A stretch of DNA of 34,997 nt from Dehalococcoidia bacterium (GCA_014859165.1 JACUUT010000003.1:1-34997); one strand, 5' to 3'. Positions 1 to 9,763 are shown, counted from the stretch's first letter. Numbers and translations are program-made. The notes: a model not told the origin generated them from the letters alone.

Positions 1-122
1 TCCAGTATTTTCAGCCCTTCCCTTATCGCCTCAGCCCTCACCCCCTCATCGCTGGTTGCCAGTCCCGCCGCCTGGTAGACCAAGCGACGCAGACATGGGT
101 AGCAATCACCGGCAGCTTTCAT
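1..122 (-). CDS. 5' part of an ARMT1/DUF89-like (damage-control phosphatase) protein, runs off the window
   Basis: Manual translation from ATG at 122 gives MKAAGDCYPCLRRLVYQAAGLATSDEGVRAEAIREGLKIL, with the N-terminal MKxxxxCxPC typical of DUF89. Purine-rich AGGGGA lies upstream. Not in the ORF track. Confidence 0.6.
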   Translation of the reverse strand, partial: MKAAGDCYPCLRRLVYQAAGLATSDEGVRAEAIREGLKIL

Positions 123-161
123 CCGTTTCCCCTATGATATTATACACCAATAAAGATAGGC

Positions 162-190
162 TTGCCCTGGGGCAGCTTAGCCACTATACT
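162..190 (+). promoter_or_regulatory. Putative sigma70 promoter for yraN
   Basis: TTGCCC(162-167)-17 bp-TATACT(185-190); ATG at 200 implies an almost leaderless mRNA. Confidence 0.45.
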
Positions 191-199
191 GGTGTCGAT

Positions 200-559
200 A
201 TGAAACGCAAGGAGCTTGGCGCTCTGGGGGAGAACATAGCCGCCGAGTATTTAGCAAGGCTCGGATATGTGATTCGTGAGCGAAATTTTCGCTCCAAGGA
301 GGGTGAGATAGATATTATCGCTGAAAGGGATGATTTCCTCGTTTTTGTTGAGGTGCGCACCAGGAGAGGCTCCTCCTTTGGCACCCCTGAGGAATCGGTG
401 AATGCCAAAAAGAAAGAGAAGCTCATCACCCTGGCCCAAACCTATATTGAGAGCCATAATGACCTGCCACCATCCTGGCGCATCGATGTGGTCGCCGTGG
501 AGCTGACGAGGGAGGGCAAAGTCTCCCGGGTGGAGCTCATCGAAAATGCTATAGATTGA
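200..559 (+). CDS. yraN: YraN family (UPF0102) endonuclease-like protein
   Basis: LGALGENIAAEYL, RNFR..GEIDII, LVFVEVRTR, FGTPEESV and WRIDVVAV motifs. Start set at ATG 200 (MKRKELG) rather than the ORF-track start at 56. Confidence 0.9.
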   Translation: MKRKELGALGENIAAEYLARLGYVIRERNFRSKEGEIDIIAERDDFLVFVEVRTRRGSSFGTPEESVNAKKKEKLITLAQTYIESHNDLPPSWRIDVVAVELTREGKVSRVELIENAID

Positions 560-568
560 GGGCTCGCA

Positions 569-597
569 TTTACCGATTTGCGATGATGTGTTAAAAT
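569..597 (+). promoter_or_regulatory. Putative sigma70 promoter with extended -10
   Basis: TTTACC(569-574)-17 bp-TAAAAT(592-597), with TG at 589-590. Confidence 0.5.
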
Positions 598-623
598 ACA
601 AGACGATTGAGGGGGTGAAGCCC

Positions 624-980
624 ATGCCGATCTACGAGTATCGATGTAACGCCTGCCAACGCAAGGTCGCTATCTATCTGCGCAACTTCTCGGCATCGCC
701 AAGGTGCCCTCACTGCGGCGGCGAGGACCTTTCTCGACTCTTCTCTACCTTTGCTCTCCGAGGGACGTATAAGGATATATATGATGATATACTCACCGAC
801 CGCCAGTTGACGGATGGTTTGATGCGCAATGACCCCAGGGCTCTGGCTGAATGGAATAAAAGGATGACTCGCGGGATGGAGGATGATATGATGAGCCCGG
901 AGTATGAGGAGACTTTGGGGAGGCTGGAACATGGGGAGATGCCCCAGATGCCCGTGGGTGAAATGCCCGAAGATGATTAA
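624..980 (+). CDS. FmdB-family zinc-ribbon protein (CxxC-CxxC-SSSS type) with helical C-terminal extension
   Basis: MPIYEYRCNAC...CPHCGG...RLFSTF; GAGGGGG upstream of ATG 624. Confidence 0.85.
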   Translation: MPIYEYRCNACQRKVAIYLRNFSASPRCPHCGGEDLSRLFSTFALRGTYKDIYDDILTDRQLTDGLMRNDPRALAEWNKRMTRGMEDDMMSPEYEETLGRLEHGEMPQMPVGEMPEDD

Positions 981-990
981 GGGTGTTCAA

Positions 991-1049
991 CTGTCACCCT
1001 GAACGACAGTGAAGGGTCTCTAGATTCTTCGCTTCGCTCAGAATGACAG
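991..1049. repeat. REP-like palindromic element
   Basis: CTGTCACCCTGAAC..GTGAAGGGTCT followed by the inverted half AGATTCTTCGCTTCGCTCAGAATGACAG; terminal CTGTCA/TGACAG inverted repeat. Confidence 0.8.
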
Positions 1050-1096
1050 ATGGATTATGAAATGCCTGAGGAGGACTCGGAGTGAGGTGATTAGTT

Positions 1097-1465
1097 ATGC
1101 CTATCTATGAGTTTCGCTGTAATGGTTGTCAAAAAAGGCTAAACCTTTTCGTAAAGAGCATTGTCGGCTCGCTTCCCCCTGAGTGCCCTCACTGCGGCAG
1201 TAAGGAGCTCGTGCGGCTGGTCTCCAGTTTTGCCCATCACAAATCGCATCAGACATTCCTTGAGGAGGCAGGCCCACCCCAGGCCATGGGTGGCCCTGAC
1301 TACTATAAAGACCCCCGCAATATTGGAAGGTGGGCGGAGCACAGGCTCAAAGAATTGGGAATGGATATGCGCAGCGAGGAATACTGGAACACCTTCTCAG
1401 AGGTCCGTGAGATGATCGATGCAGCAAAGGAAGGCGAGATGCCGGAGCCACTCAAGGACATATAG
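1097..1465 (+). CDS. FmdB-family zinc-ribbon protein, second paralogue
   Basis: MPIYEFRCNGC...CPHCGS...RLVSSF; GAGGTG RBS; shares DPRxxxxW and terminal GEMP with 624..980. Confidence 0.85.
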   Translation: MPIYEFRCNGCQKRLNLFVKSIVGSLPPECPHCGSKELVRLVSSFAHHKSHQTFLEEAGPPQAMGGPDYYKDPRNIGRWAEHRLKELGMDMRSEEYWNTFSEVREMIDAAKEGEMPEPLKDI

Positions 1466-2479
1466 ATGCTACGCCTCATCGATGCCAACCTCAACCGCAT
1501 CAGCGAGGGGCTACGCCTACTTGAGGATGTCGCCCGCTTCATTCTCAACAACGCCCGAATAAGCGCCGAGCTCAAATCCCTGCGCCATGAGCTTTTGGAC
1601 ACCACGCTACAAAAAGAGCTCCTCTCCGCCCGGGATTCGTCAGGGGATGTGGCCGCCTTTGCCGAGGAGGAGGCTCGCCGCGATGACCTCCCCACCATCG
1701 TTACCGCTAACGCCAGGAGGGTGCAGGAATCGCTAAGGGTCCTGGAGGAGTTTGCCAAGCTCCCCGAAATTACTCTAGACTCAGCGAGGTTTAAGAAGGC
1801 GCGCTTTACCCTCTACGAGATAGAAAAGAGCATGACCGCCAGGCTGCTTCGCCGCGAAAAGAGAATTGCGGGACTCTATGTAATTATCGACTCAGAGGCA
1901 CTACGGGGGAAGGATGAAATGGAGGTCTGCCGCCAGGCGATTTGCGGCGGGGCAAAGATAATTCAACTGCGGGACAAGCACCGGGCCAAGGGAGAGCTAT
2001 TAGTCAGGGCGAATAAGCTGAGGGAGCTCTGCGCTCAATCTGACGTGCTCTTTATTATGAATGATTACCTCGATATCGCTCTCGCCTCAGGCGCCGATGG
2101 GCTTCACCTGGGACAAGGCGACCTCCCAATTTCTACAGCGCGCCAGCTAGTCCCCATCGATAAGATTTTAGGCTGCTCCACCACCACCCTCGAAGAGGCG
2201 CTTAAGGCCGAGACTGATGGTGCCGATTATATTACTGTGGGCTCAATCTATCCTACCCCATCCAAGGCGGGCGCTATAGTAGTGGGGCTGGAGCGGCTTC
2301 GCCGGATCAGGGAGGCAATAGCGATCCCCATTGTCGCCATTGGGGGCATCGATGAGAGTAATGCCGCCGCGGCCCTGGAGGCCGGGGCGGATTCTATAGC
2401 AGTGATCAGCGCTGTCTGCGGGGCAAAGGATGTGGAGGAAGCAGCGCGGCGGCTAACAGCTAGAATAGAGGTAAAGTAG
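1466..2479 (+). CDS. thiE: Thiamine-phosphate synthase with N-terminal ThiD2-like domain
   Basis: N-terminal RLIDANLNRISEGLRLLED...RVQESLRVLEE; C-terminal QLRDK, IMND, GLHLGQGD, SIYPTPSK and VAIGGI motifs. Confidence 0.92.
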   Translation: MLRLIDANLNRISEGLRLLEDVARFILNNARISAELKSLRHELLDTTLQKELLSARDSSGDVAAFAEEEARRDDLPTIVTANARRVQESLRVLEEFAKLPEITLDSARFKKARFTLYEIEKSMTARLLRREKRIAGLYVIIDSEALRGKDEMEVCRQAICGGAKIIQLRDKHRAKGELLVRANKLRELCAQSDVLFIMNDYLDIALASGADGLHLGQGDLPISTARQLVPIDKILGCSTTTLEEALKAETDGADYITVGSIYPTPSKAGAIVVGLERLRRIREAIAIPIVAIGGIDESNAAAALEAGADSIAVISAVCGAKDVEEAARRLTARIEVK

Positions 2480-3127
2480 ATGGGAAAGCTAACAGCTAAA
2501 CTGGAACTAATCGCTGAGAGGGCACGCACTACCCTATCAGCCAAGGATGCTGCTCGGGAGAAGGCTCTTCAGTCCTCACGGGAAGCGCTTCGCCACTCCA
2601 CCGATGCCATCCGCTCGGTGCACCGCGGCGAGTATGAAGAGGCCAAAAAGCGATTGACACAGGCTCGCAACCTCCTCAAAGCGCTGGACGAGACCTTGAG
2701 TGAGCACCAGGATCTCCTTCATACAGGCTTTGTCTATAGTGCCCAGAAGGAGTATGTGGAGGGCTGCGTCACCCTGGGCCTGATTGCGGAAAATTCCCTT
2801 CCCGGCCCCGAAGAGCTGGGCATAGGCTACGCTGCCTATCTCAACGGATTAGGAGAGGCAATAGGAGAGCTAAGGCGTCACATCCTCGATATCACCAGGA
2901 AGGGGGAGATCGAACGCTGCGAAGAACTCCTTGAGACTATGGATGACATCTATGGGGCGCTAGTAACCATGGACTTCCCTGATGCCATGACAGGGGGGCT
3001 GAGGAGAACCACCGATGCAGTGCGAGGCATTCTGGAGAGGACCAGAGGCGACCTGACCATCGCCTTCAGACAAAGGGGACTGGAGGAAAAAATGGCAGCC
3101 TTTGAGAAGAAGCTGGGGGGGAGTTAG
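2480..3127 (+). CDS. Translin/TRAX (C3PO-like) family protein
   Basis: REKALQSSR..R.S..AI..VHRG, EYVE, YLNGLGEAIGELRR, LRRTTDAVRGILERTRGD. Confidence 0.8.
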   Translation: MGKLTAKLELIAERARTTLSAKDAAREKALQSSREALRHSTDAIRSVHRGEYEEAKKRLTQARNLLKALDETLSEHQDLLHTGFVYSAQKEYVEGCVTLGLIAENSLPGPEELGIGYAAYLNGLGEAIGELRRHILDITRKGEIERCEELLETMDDIYGALVTMDFPDAMTGGLRRTTDAVRGILERTRGDLTIAFRQRGLEEKMAAFEKKLGGS

Positions 3128-3144
3128 CGTATTCAGGAGGGCGA

Positions 3145-5190
3145 ATGATAGATCCGATATTTATCGCGATAATCGCGGGTGCTTTGGGGCTTGCTTTTGC
3201 CGCGTTCCTCGCCACTTATGTATTGAGGCAGGATCAGGGCTCGGAGAGGATGAGGGAGATCTCAGGAGCCATCAAAGAGGGTGCGATGGCCTTCCTGAGG
3301 CGGGAATATCAAATACTGGCCATATTCGTTGTGGTCATTACCCTCGTTCTGGGTCTGATCCCTCCTCTCGGATGGTGGGTCGCCCTCTCCTTCATTTTCG
3401 GCGCTTTGTGCTCAGGGATCGCTGGCTTTATCGGCATGAATATGGCCATAAGGTCCAACTCCAGAACAGCGGCCGCCGCCGAGAGGAGTTTGAACCACGG
3501 ACTCAGGGTCTCCTTCCGCAGTGGGGCAGTGATGGGGCTCTGCGTTGTCGGCATTGGCATCCTGGGGTTGAGCATCCTTTACATTGCCTTTCATAGTAAC
3601 ATTGACTTTCTCAAAATTATCCCTGGCTTCGGCTTCGGCGCTTCGTTGGTAGCCATCTTCGCCAGGGCAGGTGGCGGCATCTATACCAAGGCAGCGGATA
3701 CCGGTGCTGACCTTGTGGGGAAGGTGGAGAAGGGCATCCCTGAGGACGACCCCCGAAATGCCGCTGTTATCGCCGACTTTGTCGGCGATAATGTGGGTGA
3801 TGTCGCCGGTATGGGCGCCGACCTCTTTGAGTCCTATGTGGACGCTATCATTGCTACTATGGCACTTTCCATGCTGGCCTGGTCTGCAACCATGACAGCT
3901 CCCTTGACCCCTGATAAGGAGACGGCATGGTATCTGCCGATGATGGTCGCTGCCGGGGGGATTATCGCCTCCATTATCGGGGCCTTTCTGGTCAGGGTAG
4001 GTGAAAAGCCGGAGATGAGTGCACTGCTGGGCGCATTACGCCGCGGCACCTTCTCAGCATCGATCCTGACTGCTGGTTTTGCCGCCCTGGCGGTATATTT
4101 CCTCGACGCCAGTTGGGGGATACTATGGGCTGTCCTCGCCGGGCTGATCGCCGGCATGCTCATCGGGGAGAGCACCAACTATTTTACCTCCTATAGCTTC
4201 GGGCCGACTCGCCGCATCTCCGAGGCGTCACAGACGGGCGCAGGCACCACGATAACAGCAGGGTTTGCCAATGGGCTGATGAGCACCCTACCCCCCATTA
4301 TCCTGGTAGCCATAGCCATCCTCGTGGCCCACTACTTCGCTGGCATGTATGGCATCGCTATCGCCGGGATTGGCATGCTCGCCACACTGGGGATCACCCT
4401 GGCCACCGACGCCTACGGCCCGGTGGCAGATAATGCTGGTGGGATCGTCGAGATGTCAGATTTGCCACCGGAGATCAGGGAGAGGACTGATGCCCTCGAC
4501 TCCCTGGGCAATACCACAGCAGCCACGGGAAAGGGATTTGCCATCGGGGCAGCGGCGCTCACCGCCCTCGCCTTGATGGTATCCTACACCCAGGCGGTAG
4601 GGATCCAATTCGCTGCTATCAGTCTGCTTGATCCGGTCGTGGTTGCCGGCTTATTCCTCGGCGTTCTGATGCCAGCTCTCTTCTGCGCCCTGACCCTGAA
4701 CGCGGTCGGCAGAACCTCCTTTGCCATAATTAACGAGGTTCGCCGCCAGTTCCGTGAGATCAAGGGGATCATGACAGGAGAGGCGAGACCTGAGTATGGC
4801 AAGTGCGTCGATATATGCACCAAGGCTGCCTTAAAGGAGATGATTGCACCTGGCCTCATCACTGTGGCTGCTCCCATTATCGTCGGCTTTGTATTGGGGC
4901 CGCTGGCTCTGGGAGGCTTCCTGATTGGGGCAATTGCTTCCGGATTCCTCATCGCCGTAATGATGGCTAATGCCGGTGGCTCCTGGGATAACGCCAAGAA
5001 GTGGATCGAGAAGGGCAACTACGGGGGCAAGGGGTCAGATGCCCATAAGGCAGCGGTTGTCGGCGACACGGTAGGCGACCCGTTTAAGGATACCTCGGGC
5101 CCATCCCTGAACATCATGATAAAGCTGATGTCCATAATAGCGCTGGTTTTAGCGCCGGTGCTGGCGGGCGTAACCGGGATTCTTGGGTAA
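3145..5190 (+). CDS. hppA: Membrane-bound pyrophosphatase, K+-dependent type (Na+- or H+-translocating)
   Basis: [61 protein letters not shown]; GNTTAA carries the Ala of the K+-dependent signature. Confidence 0.95.
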   Translation: MIDPIFIAIIAGALGLAFAAFLATYVLRQDQGSERMREISGAIKEGAMAFLRREYQILAIFVVVITLVLGLIPPLGWWVALSFIFGALCSGIAGFIGMNMAIRSNSRTAAAAERSLNHGLRVSFRSGAVMGLCVVGIGILGLSILYIAFHSNIDFLKIIPGFGFGASLVAIFARAGGGIYTKAADTGADLVGKVEKGIPEDDPRNAAVIADFVGDNVGDVAGMGADLFESYVDAIIATMALSMLAWSATMTAPLTPDKETAWYLPMMVAAGGIIASIIGAFLVRVGEKPEMSALLGALRRGTFSASILTAGFAALAVYFLDASWGILWAVLAGLIAGMLIGESTNYFTSYSFGPTRRISEASQTGAGTTITAGFANGLMSTLPPIILVAIAILVAHYFAGMYGIAIAGIGMLATLGITLATDAYGPVADNAGGIVEMSDLPPEIRERTDALDSLGNTTAATGKGFAIGAAALTALALMVSYTQAVGIQFAAISLLDPVVVAGLFLGVLMPALFCALTLNAVGRTSFAIINEVRRQFREIKGIMTGEARPEYGKCVDICTKAALKEMIAPGLITVAAPIIVGFVLGPLALGGFLIGAIASGFLIAVMMANAGGSWDNAKKWIEKGNYGGKGSDAHKAAVVGDTVGDPFKDTSGPSLNIMIKLMSIIALVLAPVLAGVTGILG

Positions 5191-5243
5191 ACCCTCATGG
5201 GCAGTTGCCCATTAACAAATCATAAAAAGTAATATGCCACATA

Positions 5244-5369
5244 CCGTTCGTGGTGAGCCCTTCGGCTGAGCTCAGGACAGGCTTGTCGAACCCCGTTCGT
5301 GGTGAGCGTTCGGCTGAGCTCACGCCGAAGCCCAGTCGAACCACCCTTCGACAAGCTCAGGGCGAACGG
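5244..5369. repeat. Composite REP-like palindromic cluster between convergent genes
   Basis: Direct copies of CCGTTCGTGGTGAGC (5244, 5293), each later ending in GTCGAACC, plus the inverted half CCCTTCGACAAGCTCAGGGCGAACGG ending at 5369. Confidence 0.85.
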
Positions 5370-5379
5370 AGTAAAGGGG

Positions 5380-6012
5380 CTAATCGCTCAGGAAGGGATT
5401 CCATTTACGCTCGGTGGCGACGGTGGTCTGGGGGCCATGCCCGGGGAGAACGATGGTCTCATCGGGTAGAACCATAAGCTTGTTCTGAATACTGTCAATA
5501 AGCCTTTTGTAGCTACACCCGGGGAAGTCCGTCCTGCCAATGCCAAAGTTGAACAGGGTGTCCCCACAGAAGACCACCCCATGCCCGTAAAGGGAGATGC
5601 CCCCTGAGCTATGACCGGGGGTATGGAGAACAGTGAAGCTGAGGTCGCCGATCTCGATGATGTCGCCATCCTTGAGCAGCCTTTCAGGCTTAGGGGACGG
5701 CCCAAAGGAGCCGGTCGCCAGCATACCAAGTATTCGGGCCATTCCCTGCGTGATTCCCCCGGTGAACTCAGCCTCATGGATGGCGAAGGGAGCGCCGGTG
5801 TCCTCTTTGACCTCACGAAGCGCCATAATGTGATCAGGATGAGCGTGAGTGGCGACAATGAGCTTTATGGTGAGCCCAAGCTGGCGCACACTATCCATTA
5901 TGGTCTCGGCCTCGGCGCAGGGGTCGATGATCATCCCCTCCTTGGTCTTCTCCGAGCCCACGATATAGCAGTTGGAGAGGAAGGGACCCAGTTCCAGCCC
6001 TCTTAAAATCAT
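5380..6012 (-). CDS. MBL-fold metallo-hydrolase (glyoxalase II-like)
   Basis: NCYIV, IIDP, THAHPDH, HTPGHS, GDTLF, GRTDFPG and LPGHGP motifs. Start set at ATG 6012. Confidence 0.9.
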   Translation of the reverse strand: MILRGLELGPFLSNCYIVGSEKTKEGMIIDPCAEAETIMDSVRQLGLTIKLIVATHAHPDHIMALREVKEDTGAPFAIHEAEFTGGITQGMARILGMLATGSFGPSPKPERLLKDGDIIEIGDLSFTVLHTPGHSSGGISLYGHGVVFCGDTLFNFGIGRTDFPGCSYKRLIDSIQNKLMVLPDETIVLPGHGPQTTVATERKWNPFLSD

Positions 6013-6018
6013 AGTGCT

Positions 6019-6047
6019 ATTGTTCGCTATTCTCACTTCCCTGTCAA
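6019..6047 (-). promoter_or_regulatory. Putative sigma70 promoter giving a leaderless MBL-hydrolase mRNA
   Basis: Minus strand TTGACA(6047-6042)-17 bp-AACAAT(6024-6019)-6 nt-ATG; no Shine-Dalgarno. Confidence 0.5.
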
Positions 6048-6051
6048 GCCT

Positions 6052-6080
6052 TTGACATTTAGCGGCAACCCCGATAAAAT
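6052..6080 (+). promoter_or_regulatory. Near-consensus sigma70 promoter for the methyltransferase-glyS unit
   Basis: TTGACA(6052-6057)-17 bp-TAAAAT(6075-6080). Confidence 0.75.
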
Positions 6081-6088
6081 CGGGGTTG
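6066..6088. repeat. CCCCGAT-N-ATCGGGG palindrome overlapping the -10 box
   Basis: CAACCCCGAT-AAA-ATCGGGGTTG, perfect 10 bp arms. Confidence 0.85.
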
Positions 6089-6107
6089 TTAGATATAGAG
6101 GGTTAAT

Positions 6108-8408
6108 ATGACAACACAAGCTGTAATCATCGAACCGATTCGCCGTCCCTTTCCTGCCTTAAAGTATCAGGCTTGGCATCGCATGATTCATCCCTACTAC
6201 ACGAAACAGCCGTCAAATGTCGTTGGCGAGTATATCCGCCACTTTTGCCCCCAGGGTGGGCTTGTAGTCGACCCCTTCTGCGGCAGCGGTGTTACTGCAA
6301 TTGAGGCGCTCACCTCAAGGCGGAGCGCCATATGTATGGATTTGGACCCCCTGGCAGTTTTCATCACCAGGCAGACCTGCCTCGCCCCCGTTGACCTCAA
6401 CGCTTACTGGGAAGCCTACCACCAGGTGGAGCGAGAGATGAAGCCGATTGTGGAATTTGTCCGCAACGCTTCAACCAGAGAGCTGGAAGATTATGAGATA
6501 ACAGAATGGTATCCCAAAGGGGTGAAGCTTCCCTCAAATGCCGACAGAGGGTATGTGGAAGGCCTGTTTGACAGAAGGCAGCTAATAATCTTTGCTCATT
6601 TGCATTCAGCCATTATGAGGATGCCAAATGAGCAGGCAAGAGGACTTCTATTGCTCGCTTTCTCAGCGAGTTTAGCAATAGCAAACAAAATGAGCAAATA
6701 CGACCGAAAGAGGGGTGGGGGCACCTGCGGAGTCTTCATAGTCTACCGTTATTGGGTGCCTCCGTACCCTAGTTACCGTGATGCGTGGGACGTGTTCAAG
6801 GTTAGGGCAAGGCTGGTAGCTAATGCCAAGAAGAAGAGCAATGAGATTTTTGGCGACTTTGTTCGTGAGGGCGAAACTTTTAGTGTCTATCGCGATTCCG
6901 CCGAGAGCCTGCTCAAGTGTGTGGATGAAAAGTCGGTGGATTATATCTATACTGACCCGCCCTATGGGGCGCATATCGCCTATTTAGACCTGGGCACGAT
7001 GTGGCACGCCTGGCTCGGATTTGAGGTCACCGATGGGATGCGGGCGAGGGAGGCAATCGAAGGTGGAGAGCAGCAATTTGACGAAAAGCATTATCTGGAT
7101 GTGCTTCAGAAATCGTTTGAGCAGATGTTCTACGCCTTAAAGGATGATGCCTGGCTATCGCTCGTCTTCCATCACAAGGAAACCCGCCTATGGTATTCCA
7201 TCCGGGATATGCTTCGCTACAGCGGCTTTGAGTATGTAAACTGTGTCGCCCAGCCGTTGAGTTATAAGACCTTCCACAAGATTAAGAATCCCCTGCGAGT
7301 TCTTGGCGAAAGCCTTATTGTCAACTTCCAGAAGACCGCTAAAAGGAAAATATCTCAGCCTATGTCTCTACCAATGGCAAATCTGATTAAGAATGTTGCG
7401 GAGAGGGTAATTTACCGTGGCGGAGGCGCCACCACAGAGGAGATACTCAGAGAGGTAGTGCCAGAGCTTCTTGATGATGACCTTTTCATTGATGCTGCCG
7501 CTAAAAATATCAGTGATATTCTGGCAATCCTCGATAGCGACTTTGAGCTTGATAATAATAACATGTGGCAAATCAGGGCTGGACGCAAGCTTGGTAATTT
7601 CATTGAGCCAAGAAAGCGCATCAGATATTATGTGATGCGCTATTTACACAAAGTAGGTAAAGCAAACTTCGATGAAATCGTTACCTTCATCCTTCCTCGC
7701 TTGATAAACGGGCACGAACCTACAAAGGAGGATATTGACGATGTGCTGAAAGAGGTTGCAGTATCCCATGATGGCATTAACTGGGAGCTGAAGAAACCAG
7801 AGGAGTTAGCGGAGCAAGGAGAGTTGCCGCTATTTGAAACTGCTGCTGAATATGTAGCTGAAATCCCAGCCAGCACAACGCATAACCAACAGATTTATCG
7901 GCTTGCCTTGCTCTGCCAGAAAGCGGGGCTTGTCCCCTACATAGGCAGGCAAGAGAGAAGCGACCCCATGCTGGCGCGCCTCAAACCCCTAACCCAGCTT
8001 AACATCAAGGTGGAGCCAGAGAAGATGAGGCGCATCGAGCAAATCGACATTATCTGGGCTACGGCGGATGGCAGCCCTGTTTGGGCGTTTGAAATAGAGG
8101 AGCACACACCAATCTTGAGCGCCTTGGAACGCTTCTCAGCCTTACTTGACGCTACGCCAGAATTAGGGCACAGGCATCAGGTGACCATTGTTGCTCCCAA
8201 AACCAGGAGGAGGAAACTAAACCAGGAATTAACGACTTCCTCCTATATAGGCCGACCAGCGTATCTCGAAACTAAGATTAGCTATATATTCGCTGAGGAT
8301 TTAGAAAAGGAGTTCAACAAGTTAACTACTCGTGCGAGCATTAGAGGAGAGGAGCTACATAGTATATGCCACTTCCCTACCGGCAGTGAGACGGGGGGCA
8401 GAGAGTGA
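6108..8408 (+). CDS. Amino-(N6A/N4C) DNA methyltransferase fused to a C-terminal restriction-endonuclease-like domain
   Basis: Motif [12 protein letters not shown], motif IV IYTDPPY; C-terminal THNQQIYRL...IEQIDIIW...AFEIEEHT (PD-(D/E)xK-like, ExE variant). Confidence 0.8.
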   Translation: MTTQAVIIEPIRRPFPALKYQAWHRMIHPYYTKQPSNVVGEYIRHFCPQGGLVVDPFCGSGVTAIEALTSRRSAICMDLDPLAVFITRQTCLAPVDLNAYWEAYHQVEREMKPIVEFVRNASTRELEDYEITEWYPKGVKLPSNADRGYVEGLFDRRQLIIFAHLHSAIMRMPNEQARGLLLLAFSASLAIANKMSKYDRKRGGGTCGVFIVYRYWVPPYPSYRDAWDVFKVRARLVANAKKKSNEIFGDFVREGETFSVYRDSAESLLKCVDEKSVDYIYTDPPYGAHIAYLDLGTMWHAWLGFEVTDGMRAREAIEGGEQQFDEKHYLDVLQKSFEQMFYALKDDAWLSLVFHHKETRLWYSIRDMLRYSGFEYVNCVAQPLSYKTFHKIKNPLRVLGESLIVNFQKTAKRKISQPMSLPMANLIKNVAERVIYRGGGATTEEILREVVPELLDDDLFIDAAAKNISDILAILDSDFELDNNNMWQIRAGRKLGNFIEPRKRIRYYVMRYLHKVGKANFDEIVTFILPRLINGHEPTKEDIDDVLKEVAVSHDGINWELKKPEELAEQGELPLFETAAEYVAEIPASTTHNQQIYRLALLCQKAGLVPYIGRQERSDPMLARLKPLTQLNIKVEPEKMRRIEQIDIIWATADGSPVWAFEIEEHTPILSALERFSALLDATPELGHRHQVTIVAPKTRRRKLNQELTTSSYIGRPAYLETKISYIFAEDLEKEFNKLTTRASIRGEELHSICHFPTGSETGGRE

Positions 8409-9763
8409 AAGTAGACATGGAAAAGATGGTCTCCCTCTGTAAACGGAGGGGCTTCATCTTCCAATCGAGCGAGATATACGGCGGGCTTTCCAGTTGCTGG
8501 GACTATGGACCGCTGGGGGTGGAGCTGAAGCGCAATATTAAGGAGGCCTGGTGGCGGGCTATGGTTCAGGAGAGGGAGGATATTGTTGGCCTGGATTCAA
8601 GCATCCTGATGCACCCCAAGACATGGGTTGCCAGCGGGCATGTGGATGGCTTCGCCGACCCGATGGTGGATTGCAAGGAGTGCCGCCAGCGCTGGCGCGC
8701 CGACGATACCAAAGATGGTCGCTGCCCCGATTGCGGCGGTGAGCTCACCGAGCCCCGCATGTTCAACCTCATGTTCAAGACATTCTTCGGACCAGTGGAG
8801 GATGAGACAGCCACGGTCTATCTGCGCCCGGAGACGGCTCAGGGGATATTCGTCAACTTCGCTAGCGTGATGAACACGGCGCGCAAGAAGCTTCCCTTTG
8901 GCATCGCCCAGATCGGCAAGGCTTTTAGAAACGAGATCACCACCGGAAACTTTATCTTTAGAAGTCGCGAGTTCGAGATGATGGAGATCGAGTTCTTCGT
9001 CAAGCCAGATACCGCTGACGCATGGCTCAACTACTGGCTTGAGGAGCGATTCAACTGGTATACCAAATTGGGCATCAAGGGTGAGAACCTCCGCCTCCGC
9101 CAGCACGCCAAGGATGAGCTTGCCCACTATGCCCGCTCCTGCTACGACATCGAATACCTTTTCCCGATGGGCTGGGCAGAGCTTGAGGGCATCGCTCATC
9201 GCGGCGACTTCGACCTGGCACAGCATACCCAATTTAGTGGTAAGGACCTCAGCTACTTCGACCCCGATAGCAACGAGCGTTACCTCCCCTATGTCATCGA
9301 GCCCTCGGCAGGGGTGGATCGCTCTGCCCTCGCCTTCCTCCTCGATGCCTACGATGAGGAGCCAGATAAGGATGAGATACGGGTGGTGCTTCGCCTCCAT
9401 CCCGACCTTGCGCCGATAAAGGTGGCCATCCTCCCCCTGAGCCGAAACGAGTCCCTCATCCCTATGGCGCGCGATGTCTACGCCGACCTGCGCAAATGCT
9501 TCGTGACGCAGTTCGACGATGCCCAGAGCATTGGCAGGCGCTATCGCAGGCAGGACGAGATCGGCACCCCATTCTCGGTCACCATCGACTTCCAGTCGCT
9601 TGAGGATAATCAGGTTACCATTCGCGAGCGCGACAGCATGAAGCAGATAAGGGTGCCCCGATATATCGGGGAGCTCAAGCGCACCCTTGAGGCCAAGCTT
9701 TCCGGCGAGCCCCTCGATGTCCTGCCCCCTGGCGGCAGCTACTGGCTTGGGTTCGAGGGGTAG
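8405..9763 (+). CDS. glyS: Glycine--tRNA ligase, alpha2 (archaeal/eukaryal-like) type
   Basis: [78 protein letters not shown] start overlaps the upstream TGA (alternative ATG at 8417). Confidence 0.96.
   Translation: MKVDMEKMVSLCKRRGFIFQSSEIYGGLSSCWDYGPLGVELKRNIKEAWWRAMVQEREDIVGLDSSILMHPKTWVASGHVDGFADPMVDCKECRQRWRADDTKDGRCPDCGGELTEPRMFNLMFKTFFGPVEDETATVYLRPETAQGIFVNFASVMNTARKKLPFGIAQIGKAFRNEITTGNFIFRSREFEMMEIEFFVKPDTADAWLNYWLEERFNWYTKLGIKGENLRLRQHAKDELAHYARSCYDIEYLFPMGWAELEGIAHRGDFDLAQHTQFSGKDLSYFDPDSNERYLPYVIEPSAGVDRSALAFLLDAYDEEPDKDEIRVVLRLHPDLAPIKVAILPLSRNESLIPMARDVYADLRKCFVTQFDDAQSIGRRYRRQDEIGTPFSVTIDFQSLEDNQVTIRERDSMKQIRVPRYIGELKRTLEAKLSGEPLDVLPPGGSYWLGFEG
9656..9671. repeat. Perfect 16 bp palindrome CCCCGATATATCGGGG inside glyS
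   Basis: Same module as 6069, 12589, 17154 and 17256; read in frame as P-R-Y-I-G. Confidence 0.8.

Noticed and set aside
56-199. N-terminal extension of yraN in the ORF track
   Set aside because: It overlaps the divergent DUF89-like gene and the promoter; family similarity starts at ATG 200.
5244-5369. Direct repeats resembling a mini CRISPR array
   Set aside because: Only two direct units, the intervening sequences resemble each other, an inverted copy is present, and there are no cas genes.
5250-5477. 75 aa ORF (and the 62-66 aa ORFs at 17141-17377)
   Set aside because: These are translations of palindromic repeats; the first also overlaps a real gene on the opposite strand.
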